Assembly (NCBI RefSeq): GCF_001194135.2
Contig: NC_068999.1
Location: 24,419,520 to 24,483,519 of the forward strand
DNA length: 64,000 nucleotides
Direction: 5' to 3'
Source: Octopus bimaculoides
Lineage: Eukaryota
The notes under the pieces were generated by a model. The model was given only the letters and a program-made list of their open reading frames with translations. It searched no databases and was not told where the DNA came from. The position numbers were made by a program, and so were the translations under genes. This document shows, one piece after another, positions 26,546-38,880 of this stretch (positions within the stretch are counted from its first letter, which is position 1; every line of letters starts with the position of its first letter).

Positions 26546-27569
26546 TTAGCTCGTGACATCGAAACAAGGAGACATTGACACAAATTTTTTTGTTTCACTT
26601 TCTGTCTTACAAATCCACTCCCAGGACTTTAGCTTGCCTGGGGTTACAGTAGAAAACACTTGTCTAAGGTGCCATGCAATAGGACAGAACCCAAAACCAT
26701 GTGATTGTAAAATGAGCTTCGTAATCATAGTTATACCTGTGTCTCACTGCCATATCGGTTTTTCCATACTTGCATGGATCAGTCTTCTCCTACATAGCAC
26801 TTTGACACTTGTTGAACCTTTATCACTGTATTCATGAGGTTCAGCTCCTGAAATCAGCTTATAACACATCTTTCCATGTCTTCCTCTTTCATAGGTTTCT
26901 TTCGCTTGGATCTTTTGGCTCCTCTTTACCTAAGAGGGTCTCATAGAATCATTATAATCAGGTCTGACTGTTGAGATTTTTGCTCGTCTGTCAAATCTGA
27001 TTGTAGTTCATGTGTAGAGATCACTGCTTCTATCTGTGTTGTCTGTGACTAGCTTAAGTTTCATTAATCTATCACATACTCTGGCTAATTGGATTACTTT
27101 ATCCATATCTATACCAACATTATGCCTACTCCCCCAACTTCAGTGCTCTACCTGTACAATGAAGCAAGTATTATACATTCCATATCTAGGAACTAAGAAT
27201 TGCTTTTGTTTCTCTTTTCTTAAATTTTACACATTCAGTACTTGCTGTATGATGTTTTATATATTTTACTGTGTCTCTCTATTCCTATTTTCAATCAATT
27301 GAAATTTTTGACTGCTGTGCAACCATGATGTGACCACTCCAACCACCACTAAATATTGAAAATCTATCATCTTTATTCTCACCCCTGATAAGTAACAGCT
27401 TCAACTTCCCACCCTTTGAGACTGCCAATACCTGATATGTCTAACCTTCCCACTCTCTCCCATATCAGATTTTCAAGCAGCTTACCTAACAAATCTAATT
27501 CTCATAACAACAATAACATTAGTAATATTAACTAGTAACTACAGTAAATGGCACATATATTTGCATTTG

Positions 27570-30500
27570 TAGTCAAGTGGTAGGGAATGAGTGACTGATA
27601 GTAAATTACATGAAAGCACAAACATAGCCATGTATGTGAATTTTCAAACTGCCAGCAATCCATGGCACAAACTTTCTACTCTAGCACTAAAGCTGCCAAA
27701 CAAAAGCCAGCAAATTTACCACCTAAATCCCCTCCTCCTTGTCAGTTTCAAAACTTCAGGGCTGTAACCATCAACATAAGCATGAGAAAAGGTAAATCTG
27801 ATGAGATTGTGGAGATGTGCTGTGTACAAGAGATAAGATGGGAAGACCCTTCAGTTAGACTCTCTACATGCAAGAAAGAGCAACACAAATTTTACAGGGA
27901 TGAGAAGGGGATAAGATAACTGGAGTAGTCAGGGTATGTAAAGGGATAATTAGATTAAGAGCAGCTGCAGACAACAGCAACATTCATTTCTGTTTGCCCC
28001 ACAGTCAGGATTGCCAGATGAACAGAAGTTTCTATGAGGCCCTTCTGGAAACTACCTCTGGGACAATCAGTTATGACTTCATTATTGTGCTGGTGACTTT
28101 AATGGACATATTCAACACCACAATGGCTTCTGGGATATGCATAGAGGCTATGTGTATGATATGTGAAACGAAGTGGATGTGAGGTTCCCAGAGTTCTGTG
28201 ATGCAGTTGATCTAATGATTTGCAACATATACTTAAAAAAAAAAAACAACCAATCTGGCAAAAGCACATGGCAGATAGACTTTATACTCATCAGAAAATG
28301 GGATAGATGGGTCAATTTTAAATACCAAAACCTTTGCAAGACAGTGTGTTATAGAAAACAAAGATGTCATTGAAGAGAAGTGTATTCAAAATGAAGGCAC
28401 ATTTGCAATTGTACATAACAAGTGACACAGAAAGTGCTACTATAGGAGGCTGTTAAACATGGAAAATGCAAGGGATAAAGAGGGGATGCCTCATACTGAC
28501 CCTATAGAAGGACCAATAATTCGAGTTGAAAGCTAAATAAAGTGATTACAGACACAAAAGTAAAGGAAAACTGCTGGTCCATCAGAGATTGTTACTGAGA
28601 TGTTCAAAATATTTAGTGAAATATATGATACATGACAGTCACTTGGATAGCTAATCAATTAATACAGAGAGGTGTCATACCTAATCACTGACAAAACAGT
28701 ATCATTGTAAACTGTTACAAGTCAAAGGAGGTTACAGAAGTATCAGATTGTTGGATGAGGCAATGAAGATCATGGAGTCATATCACATTTGATCTAAAAC
28801 AGTTAACTTGGGTCAGATGGAATTTGTTGAAGCAAATTTTCAACAGCTGGACGCTCTTCCTGTCACCACACTCCACATGTTTCTAAGTCAGCTATCATTT
28901 CCCTTAGTCTTTCGTACATAAACAGAACAGTAGTCAGGTTTTATATGGTAGATTAGAAAGGAATGACACTATTTGTATGACAATGACATTGGCTTTGTAT
29001 GACAGCAGTTTGACTTCCTTCCTGGCAGAAGTATCAAAGATGCCATCTTTCTAGTGAAACAATTGAAGGAGAAATATTTAGCTAAGAGTAAACCAGTATT
29101 CCTAGGATTTGCTGACTTAAAGAAGGCCTTTGACTGAGTGTTACACTGTGTAATCTGGTGGTCACCCAGGAAACTAGGTGTAGATGAATGGCTTGTGAAG
29201 GCTGTACTTGTTCTGTACAAATGCATAGTAAAGTCAACTAGTACAACAATGAATGTAGTCTAAAAATAGATGGCCATGAAGAATCAATCCTGACCCCTCT
29301 CCTACCCATCATGGTCCTACAGGTCATCTCAAAGGAGTTTAAGACTGGCTGCTCATATGAACTCCTATATACTGATAATCTAGTTATTGTAGCTGAATCT
29401 TTGGAATTTAGAGAAGAATTTCCAAACATGGAAGCTGAATTTAGAAGTGAAAAACCTATTAAGGTAACCTCTGCAGATACTAACAGAGTAGGAAAGAATA
29501 CAAGACCCTGATATTGCAGAAAAGGAGTAGGTATAAACTCCTTGGGCTATCAGGTGTAAGCTATAAACTCTAAGAGGGGTAGTGAAATCACTAGCAGGCT
29601 AACAGAGAAGGTAGGCTTTGTAAGTAGTAGATGTGCTGGAACAATATGTACTAAGAGTACATTGGAAATGAATTCTCTTAAAGCCTGGCTGGTTGATTAG
29701 ATGAAATTGATATCTTCTGTTACCTAAGTGGATTACAAGAAAGTTTACTGAGAAAATATATCCATAGTATCTCACTATTAATAGTTAAAAACTATTTTAT
29801 TGAAAGAAAAAAATAAAACGGTGAACTTTCCCTGTGGTGAATTGATGACGGTGACATAATTGGCAAAAGAGGTGGTTGCTCTGAAAGTATAGTAAAGGTA
29901 AGAATAGGTTGTAAAAAGTTCAGGGAACCACTGCTGACAATAAAGGTCTTTTCCCTCAGTGAAAAGCAGATTGTGATACTTGTAGTTGAACTATGATACT
30001 ACTATGTAGCATCATAGGGAAATATAGAAAGGACTTGAGAAGACTAGAAAGAAATGAAACTAGCATGTTCTCTTGGATGTGCATGAATGACAAAGTGCAA
30101 ATATATTTAGAGAAAGACTGGTCTTAAAAGGAATCAGATATAGTGTGCAAGAAAGAAGGCTGCACTGGTATGGACATATGTGTAGAGTGAAGGATAGATT
30201 TTGCTGAGTCTGGAGGAATGGGAAGATCTCATGGGGTATTGACTCTGCTCCTTTCTCCAGACTCAAACTGGTGAGAACAATGTCTTTAATGTTTTGATTG
30301 AAATGCAGCAGCTCAACACACCTCCAGGGAAGACATTGTAGGGATGAAGGCTTAAGAATGGTGATTAGTACAGGGAAAAGAGATGACAAAGGTTTGTACT
30401 GATTGGCAATATGCCAATCTCTCTTTCTCTCTTATCCTCCTCCTGGGTCACTTTAGCAAATGTACATGTCTTAGGGTACTCACTACATTTAACCTTTCCA

Positions 30501-30932
30501 TTTCTGGCCTGTCAGTTGTTGTTGCTCTCTCCTATTTCTCTTCTCAGTCTACATACCTATGGCTACTAAGTAATCTCATGTTGGTACCATGACGAGAGAA
30601 CACACCCAGCATACTCTGTAGAGTGTTGGTAATGGGAAGGTCTAAGAAAAGTAGTTTCCAATAAGAAATGGAAATGACTCAGAGTGTGACAACCCATGCT
30701 ATGGAAAGTAGATGTTTAATAAAGGTTTCAGATTTTGACACAAGGCCAGCAAGGGGGTAAGTCAATTCCATCAATCCCAGTACTCAACTGGTACTTATTT
30801 TGACCCAGAAAGGATGAAAGGTAAAGTTGAACTCAGAGCATAAAGATAGATGAAGTGCTACTAACCATTTTGCTTGGCATGCTAATGATTCTGCCAGCTT
30901 ACCACCTTAAGTAGATGTTTAATAATGATGAC
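27570..30932 (+). mobile_element. Decayed near-full-length RTE-clade LINE
   Basis: APE-like start FRAVTINISMRKGKSDEIVEM..CVQEIRW. RT motifs FADLKKAFD..IWWSPRKLGVDEWLV and ELLYTDNLVIVAES. C-terminal QERRLHWYGHM. 3' tail with (gat). Many stops and frameshifts; interrupted at 28800-28985 and 30723-30908. Confidence 0.85.
30723..30908 (-). mobile_element. SINE family C inserted in the RTE tail
   Basis: 17-bp TSD aagtagatgtttaataa at 30706-30722 and 30909-30925. Confidence 0.85.
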
Positions 30933-31922
30933 AATTCTGGTTGCAGCTCCTTCTCTTCTTACCACTTGTCCACAAAACACATGTGCTACCTTATGGTCTT
31001 GCACCTATAGATTCTTTCATTATGAACTTTTGCACCTAACAGGGAGAGAGGTGAGTTTCTAATGATGTGTCTATTTTATGTATGTGAACAAAAGACATTT
31101 AGTGTGTAGACTATATATCTGGAATAGGGTCTTAGTGTGTGATTATTTGATAGTGATCAACAGGTTCTCACACTTGGCCAGATCTTCCCACCTGGCCATG
31201 CCACATCTGTGTACAGTACAAACATTACTGTATTAGCTTGTGTACTCAGGATTTTTCACTGACTTGACTTTCATGATTTATTATAGTCATATGCCTTTCC
31301 TATCACAAAACAATTTACAGTATGGATTGGAGGCATGTTATTGCACCGTCTACACTAGAAAGATTGTCATCAGACAGGGCTAAAATGTTCAGTCCGTGTC
31401 TTCCTCGTAGATTTTTTATCCCAAGCTACTACTCTCCTTGTCAGGTTGCCTTCACTGTAGCTTGCAAGATACACAACTTCTCACCCCCTGATGCAGATAC
31501 TTACTCAAAAGTTACTGTTTCACAAGACAGTTGCTGATGAGTCCAACCTCCAAGCCAAGACAACTTCATTACATCTTGTGATGCTGTGAAGCATGCTCAC
31601 AATGTGATGTCATACTACTAAATATATGAATCGTCGCAGAAAGATCTGGTAAGAGGAAGGGGGAGAAAGATATGTTTGGGGTAAAAGAACAAAAGAAAAA
31701 ACTTATGTGAGCAGAGCATATATACAACATGTGTAGCTGTTAGGGATATCCTTTATAAAAATAAAAATAGCAGAAATAATTATTGAACTTGATGCACTTT
31801 CCATGAGAAACAGGGAATATGCCAACTTCTACAAACTGCTGTTAACTGTCTAAATGAATCGTTACAGAAGAAACCAATGAGAGTGAGAGAGAGAAATACT
31901 ATGTGATCAAACAGCATATATA

Positions 31923-33149
31923 TTGGGTTGGCAAGAAAGTAATTTCGTTTTTCACAAATAGATAGAGTTACGATTTTTTTGAATGACTTTTGTCAGTGTT
32001 GTGATTTTTTCCCTTTGACATTTGATAGCCGTTACTTTTAGCTTACTTTAGAAGCAAATTGCACATAATTTTGTTTACAGCTGTTAGTTCAGTGACAATT
32101 TTAACATGGAGTGCAAAAACGAACATATTTTGCTTTTTTATTTCCGTGAAGGCCAGAAAGCTGCTGAGGCTCACAAAGTGACGTGATGTTTATGGTGTTG
32201 ATTGCTTAACAGAACATACATGTCAGAAATGGTTTTAAAAATTCCGTTCTGGAGATTTTTCACTCAAAGATGATCAATGTTCTGGTCGACCTACAGAAGT
32301 TGATGATGACTGAATTAAAGCCATAATTGAATCTGATTGTCATATAACTGTGTGAGAGATTGCAGAGAAGTTAAATGTATCATACACAACAATTGAAAAT
32401 CTCTTAAAATGTCTTGGATTTGTTAAGAAGCTCGATATTTGGGTTCCACATAAATTGAAAGAGATTCACTTAACACAATGAATCAATATTTGTCATATGC
32501 ATCTCAAATACAATGAAATCGAGCTTTTTTTTAAATGAATCATCACTGGTGATGAAAAATGGATTGTCTACAATAACATCAATTGAAAACGATCATGGCA
32601 TAATGAACCAGCACAAACCACATCGAAAGCTGAATTGCATCAAAAAAAGATCATGCTGTCAATTCGGTGAGATTACAAAGGTATTCTGTATTTTGAGTTG
32701 CTTCCAAGGAGCCAAATGATCATTTCAGATGTTTACTGTCAACAACTAATGAAACTGGAAGAAGTAATCAAAGAAAAATGGCCAGAATTGGCAAATTGTA
32801 AAGGAATTGTTTTCCACCATGACAACACTAGATCACACATGTCTTTACTAACTTGTGAAAAATTATTGGAGCTGGCACCATCAGATTACCATTTATTTCA
32901 AATTTGCAAAATTCTTTGAATGGTAAAACTTTCAATAATGATGATAACGTGAAATCGCACTTGCTTCAGTTTTGGGTGAAATGGACCAAAAGTTCTATGA
33001 GTGCAGAATCATGAAGTTGCCAGAAAGATGACAGAAGGTCACCAAACAAAATGGAAAATATATAATTGATTAAAGTTCATTCTTCGTATGTAAAAAAAAT
33101 GACTTTTATTTCACACTAAAAAAACAAAATTACTTTCTTGCTGACCTAA
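31923..33149 (+). mobile_element. Mariner transposon, mellifera-subfamily-like
   Basis: About 30-bp TIRs ttgggttggcaagaaagtaatttcgttttt / aaaaacaaaattactttcttgctgacctaa, with TA TSD at 31921-31922 and 33150-33151. Confidence 0.95.
32106..33073 (+). pseudogene. Mariner transposase pseudogene (D,D34D type)
   Basis: MECKNEHILLFYFREG..FRSGDFSLKDDQCSGRPTEVDDD..WVPHKLKEIHLTQ..ITGDEKWIVYNN..HHDN..APSDYHLF..QNGKYIID*. Stops and frameshifts; the HPPYSPDL motif is deleted. Confidence 0.93.
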
Positions 33150-33151
33150 TA

Positions 33152-34692
33152 CATTTTCTAGCAGTTAGGAAAGTAATAAAATATTAATATTTTCTTAACA
33201 CTTTTGGTCATTTTCCCACTGACTGTTGGCAACACCTATCTGCCCACATTTTGTTAAAATAAATTGAATCTATGCAGACACCAACAAAAGGTGGTCATTT
33301 TTGTGATTGGGCTACATTTCCACCATCACAAATCATTAGGCAAATATAATAAAAATGATATTTGTGTCAGAACAAACATTTATTTAATTCAACAGTAAAG
33401 GTTTAACAAAAAAATTATTCATAAAGGACTTAATGGTAAACATAATAATAAATTCGAATGAAAATAATCATAGGATTATGATGTCATACAGCTCCTAATG
33501 TTTGATGTATGATTCCCCCACATACAAAATAACCTTCTTTACATGCTGATCCATTGAATTTGTCAAGGTGATGATATCCTCTTGTGTTATTCTTTGAGCA
33601 GTGTCTACAATAGCATCCCAGAGGGCAACTTTACTTGAAAACTTCCATCCATCTTAGTAAACGCACCTCTTCAGGACACTCCACAGGTTCTCAGTCGGGT
33701 TTAAGTCTGGGGAACAAGGTGGCTACTCCATCAAATGACCTCCAGAGTAGCCTATTTGTGTAGGTATTCCTTAGAATTCTTCACTGCATGAGATGGGGCA
33801 TTATCTTGCATGAAGACCAGCTTTCTCTTGACTTAAAGTTTTTGCTTTTTGAACCACAGTCAGAAATTGTCCTTTAAGAAGGTCACATATGTTTTTGATG
33901 TCATCTTAATGCCATCTGGGACTTTCCATGGCCTGACAATCATACCACCAATGATTCCAGCCCAAAACATGACCTACCTCTCTCCTGTTGGCATCTCAAA
34001 CGATGAAGACGGTTCCTGCTGATTGATACCCAACCTTTACACCAGCCATCTGATCTGTCACGGGTAGCAAAGTATTCATCAGTGAACAGAACTGTTGAAA
34101 AATCTATCTTCATGTATTCTTCTGCACATTTCAGTCTCTTCTGCTTATGAACAGCTTTCAGAGGGGAACTTGCGATAGGTTTAACATTCCTGGTACCTGC
34201 TTCAAGACACGACACCTGGTAGTTTCGATACATCTTCCTTGCCACAACGTTTGAAGACTTCTCTGCTTGTCAGACATGAGTTCCACACAACTTCCCTTTT
34301 CACATGTGACAAAGTACGATTCAAAGCAACCCTCGACAGGACAGAAATAGGAGACTGCACAAATTTCTTCACTGTTCGGTGATCTCTTCCAAGTATTTTT
34401 GATATTTCTATTGTTGTTTTTTCCTTTTCCAAGCTCTGACACAATGGTAGACTTCGCATTTGAGGTAAGATCATGTTTCTCACCCATAATGACACTTAAA
34501 TTGGGCATCTGCCTAATAATTTGGGACAGCAGAAATGTTGTTGCTACACGATAATGGCTGCCATTTCTTTTCATCTGTGCAGATCCGATTTATTTTAACA
34601 GAATGTACGCAGATAGGTGTTGCCAACTGGTTTTGAATGAATATACTTTTATTGAGAGAAGGTTGATTTGCCTAATAATGTGGGACGCAGTG
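33152..34692 (-). mobile_element. Tc1-family transposon, TRT-like (DD37E), with long IR/DR-type ends
   Basis: About 120-bp inverted repeat (33226-33345 vs 34507-34627). Direct repeat t(t/c)tgcctaataat.tgggac at about 34507 and 34667. Right end cagtg. The left outer end is uncertain. Confidence 0.85.
33495..34487 (-). pseudogene. Tc1/TRT transposase pseudogene
   Basis: MGEKHDLTSNAKSTIVSELGKG/TTIEISKILGRDHRTVKKFV..HKQKRLKCAEEYMKIDFSTVLFTDE..VMFWAGIIGG..MQDNAPSHA..PPCSPDLNPTENLWS..GESYIKH*. Confidence 0.9.
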
Positions 34693-34700
34693 TGTATATA

Positions 34701-34848
34701 TACTTTCTTTTTGGGTTAACAAGGCTACCGTTGGTTTCATGTGAAGAGAAATCTCAACAATTATCAAGCCTACCACATGAGATGTTGGTGTTCATCTCCA
34801 ACATCTCATGAAATCAATGGTAACCTTGTTAACCACAAAAAGAAAGAA
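34701..34848. mobile_element. Small MITE with about 40-bp TIRs and a perfect internal hairpin
   Basis: ctttctttttgggttaacaaggctaccgttggtttcatg vs catgaaatcaatggtaaccttgttaaccacaaaaagaaag. Inner 13-bp perfect stem at 34776-34788/34798-34810. TA flanks. Confidence 0.7.
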
Positions 34849-35261
34849 TATTTGTCCACCAATAAGCACTCATTCTAACTGTTTGCTATTAACGTGAATA
34901 TATATATATAATACATGCATATATACATACATATATATGGAACCTGTTGTAGCTCTCTGGCTTACTAGTTCCACTCAAGCCGTCTAACCCATGCCAGCAT
35001 GGAAAGCAGACGTTAAATGATGATGATAAATACATACATATGTACATGCATCTATATGTACATACATACATACATACATACGGATTGGTGAGTGGACAAA
35101 TGAAAGAAAATGACACTCAACACATTTGGTAGGAGCTACACATATTTTTAATAACAGTTTGACTCAGCTCAGTATGACTAAATGGTTTACAAGTGCTACA
35201 CACCCACAAAACATTATCATTTGGAACTGAGTCAAACTGTTATTAAATATGTGTATGTGTG

Positions 35262-35300
<39 letters not shown>

Positions 35301-35387
35301 GCTGTGTGGTGCAATGATAGCATGTCTGATTTAAGATCAGAAGGCTGCATGTTCAAATCACACCAGGGTTACATAATATTTATGTGC

Positions 35388-35700
35388 AGGCATGGCTGTG
35401 TGGTTAGAAGCTTGTTTCTTAACCATATGGTTCCAGGTTCAGTCCCACTGAGTTGTATCTTGGGCAAGTGGATTTGGTATATGGAAACTGAAAGATGCCT
35501 GTCATATATATACACACACATACCTATGTATGTGTCTTGTGGGGGGGGGGGTTGTCTCCCACTAATGTTTGACAAGTGGGGTTGGTTTGTTTACATGTCC
35601 TTAACTTAGCAGTTTAGTAAAAAGAGACTGATAAAATAAAGTACTAGTGTCACTTTGTTTGACCTAACCCTTCAGTGTGGTGCCCCAACATGGCTGCAGT
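35388..35700 (+). mobile_element. SINE family A, preceded by (GATA)n at 35266-35300 and a separate tRNA-like head at 35301-35366
   Basis: Head, CORE-like cttgggcaagtg and family 3' part. Confidence 0.75.
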
Positions 35701-35949
35701 AAGAGAGAGAGAGAGAGAGAGAGAGGTGGGTAGTAAGAAATAAATGACAAGGGAACAAGAAATTATGTAATGAACTCCATTCATTTCTTATTACACTCTG
35801 TTCTTCACAAATGCTTTTTTTTTCTGATGCATATTATCTTAATAAAAGGCAGTGGATTAGCAGAATTGTGGTATTTAGTTATGGCTCTTGCATTCTGAGT
35901 TCAAATACTGCCTTTCATCCTTCTAAGGTCAATAAAATAGCTTCTCTCC

Positions 35950-36570
35950 ACTTTTGTCCTTCTTTCACTTTAGTCACCCCTACATACCTCTAAAATCCAT
36001 CTCCATCACTGTACATCCTTGTCTCTCTCTCTCTCCCTCTATTCCACCAGCTTCCACCCTGCACATAATCTCCCTATTTTCTGGTTATTATACTGCTGCT
36101 CTCCATTCTGCCTTCATTGCCATTTATCACCTCCTCCTTCCTGGGTCACTCCTATTTTTTTCTTTCATATTCCTCACCCCCATACTAATAGTTACCATCA
36201 CCCACAACTCCATCTATGTTCCATTCACTTCTACCCCCACCTCTCTAATCATCTCTCTCTCTTCTCACACACTCTTATGGACTTATCCAAACACCCTCCT
36301 GATCCCCTGATTGTTTTCTCTCTTATACTCACCTTTGTTAACCTTCAGAGTATGCTCTGACGCATCACCACCATCATTGTCTTCTATCTGGCTACTTCTG
36401 CCCACCATTATGCAATGCAGGGTAGCCATGTATCTCCTCTATGGCAAAACATCTGTGCTTATCCCTATGTCCTATTTTAGCCTCTCAACACTTGGCACAA
36501 AGCTACCACCCTCTCTACTACAAACCCACTGAGTGCAAAGGTCTATTTCTTTGTCTTGTGAGTTACTTGG
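35950..36570 (+). mobile_element. Long RTE-type 3'UTR fragment
   Basis: 36440-36560 is homologous, in opposite orientation, to 48140-48285. Confidence 0.5.
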
Positions 36571-37691
36571 TGAACTTACCTGGTTCCTCATGGTGGTCAC
36601 CATATAGTGAGAAATTAGCAGTGCAACTTGAAGCTATCCAATACTGTTATACTAACAGGTTAGACTTTATGCAACAGATGAGCTACTGGAAGAGACTGAA
36701 GGAATTGAAACTTTTTCCAATGGTGCAATAATATGAAAGTTAGACAAGACTATATTTCTGGAATAGGACCTCTTTTGTTGTTCTCACACAAATGAAAAAT
36801 TTTCAAATTAGGTCTATTGATATAATTTTGGGCACTGAATCTGAATTGGGGTTCATGTATTCCCAGAAAATGCTTTAAAATGTTACAGAGGTTCAAAGTT
36901 TAATGATTTTTAGTCCAACCAGAAAATAGGAATTGGAGACTGGCATTTTCTGCATGATAACAGAAAATGACAGACAGAAATTAAATCAGGCACAAAATGA
37001 TATCCCTTGTCAAAACTTGTGGTGGCGATTGTTGTGGTGAAAGTGTCACAGTCACTTAAGTACAGCATCCTTGTTACAATGAAGCAGGGTCTACTACAGT
37101 TTTGCATGTTTCTATGTAAACAGATACCAATGTGACATTTATGGCCATGTGCATAATGGTGGCTTTTGATTGGTTATATATTTGTGTGTGTGTATATATA
37201 TATATATAGAAATATATACCACCACACCATACACCACCATACCACACAACTCCACATTACATCACACCACCACACACACACACTAGCACTGACTACTTCC
37301 CAGCCCCACACCATCTACACACCTACACATACGCACACGCACATGTCAAGGTCACCAGCCCTCTTCCACATGCACATACATGCTCTCTTATACACACACA
37401 CATGCACCTTCGTTTTGGGATCACCACTACTTTACTATCTCCCCTTCTTCCTAGCTCTCCTGTGTGACCCCTCTGTCCATCATTTGCCATGATAGATCGC
37501 TAGCCGCTACACATTCTTTATTTTCCCTCCTTGTTTCTTCCTGTGTTCCTTTCTGTGGAAGAGTTGGCTCGAAATGTTTAAGATTTTTCACTTCCCGAGC
37601 GTTAAACTAAGACATCTGTTTGTTGTCTACACCACCTGTCTTCATCTTTTGTTTTTTTTTGTGAATTCTCCCTATATATATATATATGTAT

Positions 37692-37728
<37 letters not shown>

Positions 37729-38707
37729 AAGACATATATACATATACATACATACATACATATATACATACATAAAACATACTTGGAAATGGATGCGTGG
37801 CATTCAATCATATAATAATATAAATAATATAAATATATATGTATATATACATGCATACATGTACATACCTACATACATATATGTATAAACACATGCATAT
37901 ATATACACACACTCACACACACACACAAACATATACATTTACATATATTCATATGTAAAATATATACACATACACACATGCTCACAAACACACATATAAT
38001 GCATTCATATATAGAGAAAGATATAGATAAATATTNNNNNNNNNNNNNNNNNNNNNNNNNNNNNNNNNNNNNNNNNNNNNNNNNNNNNNNNNNNNNNNNN
38101 NNNNNNNNNNNNNNNNNNNNNNNNNNNNNNNNNNNNNNNNNNNNNNNNNNNNNNNNNNNNNNNNNNNNNNNNNNNNNNNNNNNNNNNNNNNNNNNNNNNN
38201 NNNNNNNNNNNNNNNNNNNNNNNNNNNNNNNNNNNNNNNNNNNNNNNNNNNNNNNNNNNNNNNNNNNNNNNNNNNNNNNNNNNNNNNNNNNNNNNNNNNN
38301 NNNNNNNNNNNNNNNNNNNNNNNNNNNNNNNNNNNNNNNNNNNNNNNNNNNNNNNNNNNNNNNNNNNNNNNNNNNNNNNNNNNNNNNNNNNNNNNNNNNN
38401 NNNNNNNNNNNNNNNNNNNNNNNNNNNNNNNNNNNNNNNNNNNNNNNNNNNNNNNNNNNNNNNNNNNNNNNNNNNNNNNNNNNNNNNNNNNNNNNNNNNN
38501 NNNNNNNNNNNNNNNNNNNNNNNNNNNNNNNNNNNNNNNNNNNNNNNNNNNNNNNNNNNNNNNNNNNNNNNNNNNNNNNNNNNNNNNNNNNNNNNNNNNN
38601 NNNNNNNNNNNNNNNNNNNNNNNNNNNNNNNNNNNNNNNNNNNNNNNNNNNNNNNNNNNNNNNNNNNNNNNNNNNNNNNNNNNNNNNNNNNNNNNNNNNN
38701 NTATATA

Positions 38708-38740
<33 letters not shown>

Positions 38741-38771
38741 ATATACACGCATGCGCACACTTATACACACA

Positions 38772-38809
<38 letters not shown>

Positions 38810-38843
38810 CACATATGAATATACATTTCTGTATACATATGTA

Positions 38844-38880
<37 letters not shown>

